Positions 18,350 through 28,690 of a stretch of DNA of 52,136 bases are shown piece by piece. The notes beneath the pieces were generated by a model. The model saw only the letters and a program-made list of their open reading frames with translations. It made no database searches and was not told the origin of the DNA. Made by a program: the position numbers and the translations under genes. Numbering within the stretch: the stretch's first letter is position 1; each line of letters starts with the position of its first letter. Origin of the DNA: an uncultured virus (IMG/VR IMGVR_UViG_3300021399_000104) (taxonomy: Duplodnaviria; Heunggongvirae; Uroviricota; Caudoviricetes); IMG/VR virus record IMGVR_UViG_3300021399_000104; one strand, 5' to 3'.

Positions 18350-21300
18350 TTCAAAAAGTCTTGTCGTACCTTAATATTCCTTTAACTTAAAAGGAACGAA
18401 TGAGCTCTCCCATGTAAACCCAGGTCCAGTACAACCTACCTGCGTCCCATACAGAATGACCTGCTGTAAAAGCCTCACCCAAACTAGATCCATTCATACC
18501 CTGCGTACTAGTCCACCAGTATCCACCACTAGGGCATATGGAACGAACCCAACGTAAAACAAAATATTGACCCAAGCGCAGACATCCAGATTGACTAACT
18601 TGAAATGCACAACTTAAGATATCCCATTGAGTTTGAGGTGTAGCAGAGGCGTGTCCAATACTAGGGAAGATGGAACGAATAGCTTCATTGTCCCAAAAGT
18701 CCTGGGAACTCAAACGGCCTGTATGCTCTTTCCCCTGAGAAAATCCCATTGTACGTGACAAAGGATAAAGAGAATTAGTAGACGCCCAATGATATATCCA
18801 GTGTTCACTAGGGAAAACGGAACGAATATAAAAACTGCTGCGAGGATATCCAGTCCATAAGAGACCGACACTAAAAAATGCCATATGAGGACTATTACTA
18901 CACCAATGGGCACCCTGACTGGCTACACTAGGAACGAATAATCTGAGTTTCCCAAAAAGTACGCCCCGCCATCATTCCAGCAACGATTACAGTATTATAT
19001 GAGTGAAATTCCATGAGTAACGCATTAACTAAGTTCTGTTGTGTACTAGAGTGAACCAATTGTATTGCACTAGGAACGAACTGTAGATAAATTGTCAGAC
19101 TTAGGAAAACCACCAATGCTACCTGGATACTGGCTAATATGTTTGCCTTTCACAAAGTAAGCTACTTGCGGTGTAAGATAACTAAGAGACGTAGTTGACC
19201 AATGAACACCGTACTTTTCAACAATCCAAGCACTAGGGAAGAAGAGAAATGGAACGAACAAAGCGATCGGACGGATTGAGTGGATATATAGTAGCTCCTG
19301 GGTCGCTAATGGCCTGTCCCTCTACCCATCTATGATAAAACACTACAGTCCATTGAGCCCGAACAGCGTAAGGTGTAGAAGAAGTATGTCCATTAACACT
19401 AGGAAAGCACGGAGGGAACGAACTGAGTAATAAGTAAACGCCTGCGAGTTAACTAAGCTGCCAGGATATTGTAGAATCAGATGGCCCTTCATAAAGAAAA
19501 TTAGCCGTGGATAATTAGCAATATGAGGCACAGCTGACCAATGAGCACCCACGTTATCACCTACCCAACCACTAGGAACGAACAGAGTAAACATGTCCGA
19601 CAACATCAGAAGCCCACCTACCAGCGAGATAGATACCTTCAGATGACAGAAAACGTACAATTGAACTCTGACTGGCATCGCGGGTCATACTAGTCCAACC
19701 TACACTAGGGAAGAAGATCCATCTAGTTCATTGTATAAAGAAAATGTCTCATGAAGATGACAAAAACATCGTAATTCCCTGTCTTTTTCTAACATTTTGA
19801 CATACTTTTGAACGAACTCCTCTAGAACCTTCTGGGATTGGCGTATGTGCACTACCCGGATATTCGTTGTATTTAAGCTGACGAGACCTAAAGTTAACTG
19901 CTCGAGCACCAAAACCATTAGCATCTGTAATAGACCAGTGAATAGTAGAACTATCACTAGGGGAACGAATAATGTGTTTATCCTGTCCACTTGCAACTGT
20001 CAGCCTACCAGATATCCAAATTCCAGCATCTAATGAGAAAGGCACTGCCCAACTATAAGAACTACCTCCCGCACTCGTACTCGTCCTGGTATATCCTCCA
20101 CTAGGTAAGGTATAGAACGAATGGGTAAAGAATATGAGAGGTGGAGGAGTAATCCTGCAGAATATCCTGGAAGCTCCTGATTATTATTTCCAGTACCAAA
20201 CATAGTCCATCGTGAATAACTTCCATGTTCAGCAGCAGTCGTAGAAGACCAATGCAAGGTTTGACTAGCGGCTTGGACTCCACTAGGGAACGAACATATC
20301 GACGGGCATAGACAGAGACATCAGTAGCAAAACCAGAACCCAAATCTCCAGCACCTAAAAACAAACGCATCACCCAACTAAACCATCCACCCGCTTGCGT
20401 ACTTGTCCAATAGGCTAATCCACTAGGGGATATAAACGGAACGAATATACCAACCTATGTGAAATGGACTATAACTACATTCACCATTTCTTTGAATCAT
20501 TCCCAAGCCTGCTCTTCTAGCATAAACGCTACTATGTTGTGTACTAGACCAAAACCAGCGATCTCCACTAGGGAAATACAACAGGAACGAAAAGGATGTG
20601 AAGCAGAAACAGAATCTCTATAAATCATGCCGTTACCTTTATATACCTCAGCAAGAGTAGATGGTAGAAAGGATACTGCAATATTAGCATAGTAATAAGT
20701 CGAACAATAGATATGCAGCCCTTTGGCACTAGGGAAATATGGAACGAACTGAGTGACTTGAAAAATATTGAAATAAGCCTACAAGACCGGTTCTATCTGA
20801 ATTTCCTTCCCACCAAATTCCTAATGCATAAGTAAGCGAATACATTGTAGTAGACACGAACCTTACCCATCCACCACAAGGGAAGAGGGAACGAATGCCT
20901 CGAGTACCTCCGGATGATGCAAACTGCACACCTGGATATTCATTGTATGGCAAATTTATCGCTCTGAAATTACAAGATCGAGGAGAGTTACTGTTACCTT
21001 CAGTAGCAGAATAATGGATAGAAGGTAAGCCACTAGGGGAACGAATATAAAGAGTTGCACTTAAGTTAGCTGCCGAAGTCGTCACACCAGAAATCCATTT
21101 ATCTGAACCTCCCCAAGCAAATAACATCACTAAAACACTAGGTTCGTATGCCCGCTGTGTACTACCCCAAAGATATGCACTAGGGAATATAAACGGAACG
21201 AATATTGCGTATATAAATGTGGCTTTGATGTGCAACTTCTCCCACAAAATAAGTGGACGATCCTGTAAATCGTACCTGCCAAGAAGACATAGTAATGCAC

Positions 21301-24300
21301 TCTGTAGAAGAGAAATGCTTCTCACCAGCAGATATTCCACTAGAAAATAAGACTAACGGAACGAATAGATGTACTGTCTGGATCAAGATACTTTGCCCTA
21401 ATGTTATGACCTCCGGGATATTGGCCAACTTGAGGGTTTCTCCGACTAAACCAAAAGGCAATTAGTTGGCCGTCAGTACACTCAGTTGTTGACGACTGAG
21501 GAAGAGTCTGCCAAGTACTAGGGAAGGAGGAACGAATAGTAACAGAGTCAAAATATCTTGCGCTTGAGCTAATAGATCCATAATAATGCCCCGGTTGGTC
21601 AGCGTAACCAAACCAGCAGAGACGGACGCGGAGGTCATTTTCTCCTGTTGCTGACCATTGCCTAGTACGCATACTGTATCCACTAGGAAAAGCACAAACG
21701 GAACGAACTGAGAATTCGTGAAATATTCTGGCTGAAGAGCAAATACCAAATGATAATAGTGGATCTGATGCATATCCTACTACTATGCGTAAAGCGTAAT
21801 TGCTCGAGGTCTGAGAACCGGACCAAACTCCACTAGGGAACGAATAGAATTTGCATGATATTTGTTTCTACGTTCATTGAATCCCCCCGGACAATAATAT
21901 ATCATTTTCATGCCGTGTGATATTCCCCCAGGATGCTTGGGAAGTGGCCTCTGTTGATGACCAAGAACGATCATAGTTAGAGGCAACTCCACTAGGGAAT
22001 ACAAACGGAACGAATATATGCATTCGCGCGTGGGTCGTCTTTTTGCCGAGCGGTTAACGCACCGTAATATTGCTCAATAATGTCTCCCTGAGTAATCCAA
22101 ACGCGACGTGCACCCCCTAGGCCGATTTCCGTTGTAGACCACAAACAATGTTTTCCACTAGGAAAAGCACAAACGGAACGAACTTCATGAGTCACGTTAG
22201 TTAAATCCTGTATAATGTAACCAGAAATATGCAGAGCACTACTATATTTACTGAAATTCACCATTCTGGCACCAGTTCCTATGTGACCTGTAGCACACCA
22301 ATAGTTTTGCCAACTTATTGCACTAGGAAACGAAGATTATGAGATGAACTAGTACTATTGAAGTAATTAGTGAAGTTACCTGCGCCTAATCCTTGACCAA
22401 AAACAAATGCAAAAGGAACATAGCTTAGGCTCCAATTTCCTATCATATATAGACTGCTATGCCAATGATATACAGCTCCTCCACTAGGGAACGGAACGAA
22501 ACTAGAAGGTAACACAGGGCCTAACTCTATATTCGAGGCAGGCATGAGGATAAGTATCTCTCGACCCGTCACGCCAGCACCATGCGTATTTCCAAGTACC
22601 ATTTCTCGGTAAAACACATGTAGAGGCCCAATGTTGACCGGCCAAACCTTGTTCCCATGTTCCTCCTACACTAGGAATAATGGAACGAATAGAGTGCGTA
22701 TTAGCAGCATCTTGGCGATGTACATAGCCGGGTTGCCACTCACCTGTGTTATGACTGCCTCCCACACGTATTGTAAAGAGGAGATAACTAACTAAAAAAT
22801 CAACAGACGTCCAGTGATAAGGCGTTCCACTAGTCAGGAACGAATAGAATAGCCTGGGTAGTATTTTGATGCAGCAATTTGTACATGTCCAGGATATTCG
22901 GTTTTTAATGTAGCCCGTCCAAATCATTGAACATAAAAGGCATTCGAATGGTGCTCTGTAGTACAAGATTCCGTAGCGAGATATGATTGTCCACTAGGAA
23001 AGCACTAATAGAACGAATAAGATAATAATCTGTCCCGTTTCGTCGTGCGATAAACCCTGAATAGTTATGATCCTGGATGTTCGAACCATAAAATGCAAGA
23101 TGTAAATGAACTTGACCGGTGCACTCTGCAGAAGAGGTATGCGACGCCCCACTAGGGAACGAATAATACTTCTTTTAGAAACGTGTCGGCCGATGAATAA
23201 GCCCCGATATTGATCCGAAGTATAGTATATAGTTGTAGATAATTCCCAGGCACGTTGAGAAGTTGACCAGTGAATTGTGTACTCTCCTTGTCCTCCACTA
23301 GGAAAAGTGGAACGAACAGTTACAGCGTTTAATTCGTTGAGGAGACGGCTGCGTACATATCCAGGATATTGTAAGGCTGTACCAGCATAGCCAAACCATA
23401 CAACAAAATATTGATTCCAACTGATCTGCGTAGAACAAGATTCTGTTGCTCGATCCCAATTTCCACTAGTCAGGAACGAATAGAAAAGGCTGCATTTGCC
23501 TCTTTATGCGCTACCTGAGTAAACCTCCCCGGTGTCTGAACTACGACAGAACCATAAAAATTAAATATAGCCCAAATATACAGATGATTATCTTCAGTAC
23601 TACCTAAAAAGTAAGGACCTGGAAAACCACTAGGGACGGAACGAATAGAGTTTCCAAAATGTTTGCTTCTACGTTGAATATATCCCCAAGATAATATTGC
23701 ATCATCATCGGGCCTTGCCACAATCGCATGGAAGCTTATCAGACCGGCCTCTGTAGACGACTGAGCAAGTGCAAAGTATATGTGAGTTCCACTATGGATC
23801 AAGCGGAACGAATTGTAACATTACCGAATTTGTATGGAATGCCATTTAAATTGCCTTCGCGCCATGACCATTGACGTGCATAATACGCATTTATCTCAGT
23901 AGCAGACCAGTAAAAGTATACCATATGTCTTACACTAGGAACGAATAAAGTTTCCGAAGTGTTTGTTTCTACGCTCATTGAATCCCGAATACAGTGTTAC
24001 TGAATCACCGTGTCGTATGATATTCGCCCAGAAGGTTAGGTAATTGGCTTCTGTAGATGAATGAGTAAGAGTATAGTTATTGACCGCTCCACTAGAAAAT
24101 ACTACTAATGGAACGAACAAGGTAAACATGTCCGACAACATCAGCAGCCCATCTGCCTGCAATATATATGTCATTACCCGATACAAAACGGACAATAGAA
24201 CTAAGGTGAGGATTCCAACCCGTACTGGACCAATGGCTATTTGACCCACTAGAGGATAATGGAACGGATAGGCAAGGTCCAAGGCCATTAGAATTTTAAA

Positions 24301-25297
24301 AATATCCGACCAACCCAATCGAGTCCTCCATTATACTCGAATCCAACTGCACAAGCTTCGATAGTAGACCATAACCGAATGTTTCCACTAGGGAACGAAT
24401 CCAATGCTGAATATCATGAACCTTACTTGATGTCGTCCAGTAACCATATGATGATAGAGGAACGGACCCATATCCTACCATTATCATGCTAAACGCTGCC
24501 GATCCTGCCTCAGTAACGGAGACAACTCTAGCAAAGTTCTGAGCCTGTCCACTATGGAAGATGGTGACGATCAATCACGACATTACCGGTATAGCACATA
24601 CCTGTATCCCATATACCTGCTCCCTGCGAAAGTATCACCTCCCAACTACGAGTAGAACCGAACTGTAGGCTTGTCCAAAAGTATGCACTAGGGAACGAAT
24701 AGAATGTGGATCTGATACTATTCTTCCAGACAACACTCCCGGGGAACTGCTTAAGTCAAACGCCAGCATAAAACAATAAGGAGCAAAGAAAATAGTGCTG
24801 ACCCAAGACCAAGACGAATATCCACTAGAGAACATAAACGGAACGAACCAAACGTAGATTAAAAAAGTATTTACTAGTTGGAGTGTAGAAACCATATGAT
24901 TCTTCTGGAAAAGACCCATATCCTACCATTATCATCCAATAGCTACGATCCGCCGCTTCTGTAGCAGACATCGCCCTAGCATGGTTCTGATCTCCACTAG
25001 GACATACGGAACGAATGTGGTGAATATTATCATGAACACCAGCACCTGCCCATCTACCGGAACCCCATACCTCATGCCAGGGTGCAAACTGTACCACCAC
25101 ACCTTGAGTATATAGGGACGGCATACTACTCCAAAGGTATCCACTAGGGAACGAATATTATGCGAATCTGATGCTACTCGTTCAGATATACCTCCTTGAT
25201 TAGCAAAGGGAGAAAACACTAGTCTAATACGATAGTGACTATGATATTCAGTACTGCTCCAGAAAATATACAAGTATCCACTAGTGGGGTATATTTG

Positions 25298-25363
25298 TGG
25301 AATATCAGGAATCGAACCTGAACTTAAGAATACATCTTCGTGCTACCATTACACCATATTCCT
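25298..25363 (-). tRNA. tRNA-like element with shortened anticodon arm (pseudo-tRNA) inside the cassette array
   Basis: Minus strand AGGAATA-TG-GTGT AATGGTA GCAC-G-AAGATGTATTCTT-AAGT-TCAGG TTCGATT CCTGA-TATTCCA: canonical D and T arms, 6-bp acceptor pairing, anticodon arm 13 nt instead of 17. Confidence 0.7.
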
Positions 25364-26312
25364 AGAGATTTATTAGATCTCTATATCAATTAAGCAAGGG
25401 AACTCAAACCGCCTGTCTTTAAAGCCAGTCGGGTTCCCTTGAAAGAAGTCGTCGAGATGATCAAACATCTCTCCTCAAGAAACGTCGGTCCTAATCGTCC
25501 CTCCTTAAGGAGTGCTTAGAAAGCACAAACGGAACGAATAATGTGACTATCATTCCAGAAATTACCAGCAGTACAGTATCCAGCAGCCCTAGAATCACCC
25601 GCCGTAAAATGCGTTACCCAACTATGAGTAGGTAAGTGTTGCATACCTGTCCAAAGATATCGTCCTGATCCACTAGAAGAACGAATAAGACGGAAAGCAG
25701 AATTGTGTTGTTGTGCTGTAGCTCCTGGACTAAGAGTGAGAGTGTCAGAAGCGGACGCCTTATAAAACGCTACATACCAACGAGTCTGTCCCGCCCACTG
25801 TGTAGAAGAATCCTGCGATAAACCACTAGGGATGGAACGAATATAGCGCCGAGTATCATAAGCTTTGAGTCCATAATCAGCCAATCCCCAATCACGTATA
25901 TTGTCACTTTGTGTTGATATCACAAAGTAGAGTTGATGATAACACTCTGTAGATGACCGAACAAGAGCTGACATAGAGGTATCTCCACTAGGGAAGACGA
26001 ACGAATATAACGATTTACATAATGATATGAATGAGCCATGCTACCGGTTGGTGCTGAATCTTTCCCAAATTTAAAACCAATTGAGATCAGAAGCAGAGAT
26101 ACTTCTACAGCAGCTATATGAATTCCTGATCCACCACTAGGGAACGAATAGAATTATATCCTACACATCTTGATTCCACAGAGATTAAAAGACCAGTTGA
26201 GTAGGTGGAGGATATATAACCAAATAATAACGCCAAATCATGAAGAATATCACGTTGCGTAGAAGAATGGGATGCATCATCGTACCAAACCGCTCCACTA
26301 GGGAAGATAAAG

Positions 26313-26354
26313 AAAAATAAGAAGAGGCAGGGTTATTACTCTCTACCTCCTCTT
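26313..26354 (-). terminator. Intrinsic terminator between the Ig-like gene and the array
   Basis: Minus strand AAGAGGAGGTAGAGAG...CCTGCCTCTTCTT followed by ATTTTT. Confidence 0.65.
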
Positions 26355-26369
26355 ACAATATATAAACTT

Positions 26370-28007
26370 TTAGACAGGCATAACTTCAAACACGCCCTCT
26401 TCTACCTCAACAGACTTATATCCATCAGCAACAAAGCTAACTGGACCACCGACCTCACTCATTGAATTAGCTGGGTCGAAGCCATAATACTTTCCGCCAT
26501 AGACAGTAATATTAGCAGTTCCAGCCGTATAAGAGGAATCATAGCAGTTAAGGAGATATTTCTTTTCCTCTCCTGTCAGTTTAAACTCACCCCCGTAAAT
26601 ATTAATCTGGCCATTTTCACAGTAAATAGCGTGAGTACTAGCCGTCCATTTACCACCCATTACATTCACTACACTACTCTTATTAGATAGCCATAGACCA
26701 TAGTAATCAGAGTTAGTATATTCGCCCGTTCCTTTAATGGTTAGGTTAAGTGCAGAGCCACGTACAAAGAACATACCATTTTTCGCTCCACTAAACTCTA
26801 TATTATGTTCTCCTAGGTTCCATTCATAGTTACCTGAAGCGAAAAGGCCAAAAGTAAGTGTGGCAGTTGCATTAATATTAGCGTCAAGGTTAGTTATGCC
26901 GGGTTGTAGAGCATAAGATTTAAATTGACTCCAAGTACTAGCGTTCATTATATTAGGTGAAACTGTGTACTCTGTGTCATTTACTACCTCATCAATTCTA
27001 TTCTCAACTTTAGTATCCTTCACAACTACATTGCCCTTCTTGACAATAAGCTTCTTAATGTGTGCTGCCGGACCAACATTGAGGGTATTATCTCCAACAG
27101 TGCTTTCAACTACGTTCCAAGATGAATTAAGTGTTACTGTTGAATTAGGTGTATTGATATTTAGAGAAGGCTCATTAGTATTCCCATTTGATATAGTAAC
27201 ATTCTTATTGGTTTCACTATTAACGTTACTAGACTCTGAGAAAACACCATTAACCGTTACATTCTTTCCGACTTCGCCATTAATATTAATGTCACTAACT
27301 TCTCCCTCACTAACTTTAATAGATGTGTTTGTGTTGACGTTGTTATATAGGCCTGTCAAATACACCGTAGAAACACTGGGAGCATCAACAGTGAGATTAG
27401 AAGGTGAAGTTGAGGTGTTATTTACATACACTAATTTACTACCACTTGCTTCAACCGTTGCATCACTAGATAATGGTGCCGTGATTTTACTAGTCTTTGT
27501 TACACTAGAGGGGATAGAAATTGTACCTACTTCACCTTCTGTTATGACGACTTCTCCACCACCTTTTTCTGTTAGCTCATTTACGATAGTCTCTTCATTC
27601 TCTTCTTTCTGAGCTTCATTACCATTTTCACAGACGGTAATATCTAGGGTTGCAATAATTCCAGATGTAGAAGTAGCAGTGATGGTGGCTTGTCCTATGT
27701 TTTTACCAACTAAGAGACCATCATTTTGTACTTCTAGAATTGAACTATCCGAACTCTCCCAGATTACCTCCGGAACATTAGCAATAACAGGGCTAGGAGT
27801 GATGGTTAGGCGGGACTCTTCATTAATAGATAGGTAATGTTTTCCTGATAAAGTAATTTCGACAGCGGCATGTTCATCGCCATCATAAATTTCTTGATCT
27901 GACTTAAACTCTACACTATCTTTAATCGCCTTTTGTTGTGGAATAGAATGATAGCCGGAAGTTACATAGATTGAATCAACGCCGTTATCAAAGTATTCAG
28001 CTGACAT
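26370..28007 (-). CDS. Ig-like (Big_2-type) domain protein with a C-terminal beta-helix-like region; probable virion or surface protein
   Basis: V.WESSD.SI.EV..DG.LVG...GQATITAT Big_2 signature; repeated 'INIYGGEF/ITVYGGKY' beta-strand motifs. Confidence 0.75.
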   Translation of the reverse strand: MSAEYFDNGVDSIYVTSGYHSIPQQKAIKDSVEFKSDQEIYDGDEHAAVEITLSGKHYLSINEESRLTITPSPVIANVPEVIWESSDSSILEVQNDGLLVGKNIGQATITATSTSGIIATLDITVCENGNEAQKEENEETIVNELTEKGGGEVVITEGEVGTISIPSSVTKTSKITAPLSSDATVEASGSKLVYVNNTSTSPSNLTVDAPSVSTVYLTGLYNNVNTNTSIKVSEGEVSDININGEVGKNVTVNGVFSESSNVNSETNKNVTISNGNTNEPSLNINTPNSTVTLNSSWNVVESTVGDNTLNVGPAAHIKKLIVKKGNVVVKDTKVENRIDEVVNDTEYTVSPNIMNASTWSQFKSYALQPGITNLDANINATATLTFGLFASGNYEWNLGEHNIEFSGAKNGMFFVRGSALNLTIKGTGEYTNSDYYGLWLSNKSSVVNVMGGKWTASTHAIYCENGQINIYGGEFKLTGEEKKYLLNCYDSSYTAGTANITVYGGKYYGFDPANSMSEVGGPVSFVADGYKSVEVEEGVFEVMPV

Positions 28008-28009
28008 AA

Positions 28010-28423
28010 TTATTCTCCTTCCTTACCGTCTGGGACATTAACACCATCCGTTACAGTAAATAAAATAGTCGACGAAACCTCTGTATTATAAGCATCAGTA
28101 ACAGTAACAGTAGCATCACCAACACCAACTGCGATAAGAGAAGCCTGTCCATTTGCTTTAATTACATTCTCATCTGACGACTCAATAATAACTTCGGGGA
28201 CATTTGCATAGGCAGGAGTAGGAACAATAACAAGTTTAACTACTTCTCCAACAAACAACTCCTTTCTGGAAGCACTAATTTCGAATGACTCTTCTTTATG
28301 TGATTCACCATCATAGACTTCCTGATCAGATACTTCAAATTCCTCAGTTGGTGATATAATCTTCCAGACCTTGTAATTATAGTCTCCATCAACAAACAGA
28401 GGAATGATCTTAACTTCTTCCAT
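28010..28423 (-). CDS. Ig-like (Big_2-type) domain protein, paralogue of the N-terminus of 26370-28007
   Basis: SDQEVYDGE.H, P.PA.ANVPEVI.ESSD, GDATVTVT shared with the neighbour. Confidence 0.75.
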   Translation of the reverse strand: MEEVKIIPLFVDGDYNYKVWKIISPTEEFEVSDQEVYDGESHKEESFEISASRKELFVGEVVKLVIVPTPAYANVPEVIIESSDENVIKANGQASLIAVGVGDATVTVTDAYNTEVSSTILFTVTDGVNVPDGKEGE

Positions 28424-28690
28424 AGTTTATTCAAAATTAAAAAAGATTAATGCTAGAAAATCATCTCATTTCTAACATTTTAATTTTACTCCATCATTTA
28501 TAAGAAATCAAGTACCATCCTAAGCGCGTTTTGTTTATTTCGAAAGAAGAAAAAAAATGAGGGGACTATCTATCACAGACTGTCCCTCTCCCATGGTTAA
28601 ATTGATTAAATCTAGAAACAATTTTTGCAAATCATCCATATATAAGGAAAAGAAAGGAGACTAGACTTTTACATCTAATCTCTTTATCCT

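Larger units (their letters stand above)
17040..26305 (-). repeat. Array of about 54 divergent DGR variable-region-like cassettes
   Basis: Plus-strand GGAACGAA ... CCACTAGG recurs every ~110-180 bp; each unit reads (F)PSG-x-(W/H)SST-x-(I/V)RS on the minus strand; 5 units lie between avd and RT, about 49 upstream of avd. Confidence 0.93.

Noticed and set aside
25298..25363. Functional tRNA-Tyr (GTA in the loop)
   Set aside because: The anticodon arm is 4 nt too short, there is no long variable arm as in bacterial tRNA-Tyr, and there is a 1-72 mismatch; kept only as tRNA-like.
16992..25974. Dozens of short overlapping minus-strand ORFs in the track, taken as real genes (except 17827-18279)
   Set aside because: They arise from open cassette frames and off-frame read-through across linkers, with arbitrary starts and recurring FVP/LV off-frame anchor translations.
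17040..26305. CRISPR array interpretation of the periodic repeat
   Set aside because: The conserved parts are two short anchors with a variable linker, the 'spacers' are over 100 bp, related to each other and coding-constrained, and no cas genes are in the window.
17040..26305. Shufflon (invertase-driven tail-fibre switching)
   Set aside because: All units are in the same orientation and no recombinase is in the window; a recombination route using an enzyme encoded elsewhere is not excluded.
26965..27612. 215-aa plus-strand ORF (likewise 36287-37234 and other antisense ORFs)
   Set aside because: Antisense shadows of well-supported minus-strand genes, with low-complexity translations.
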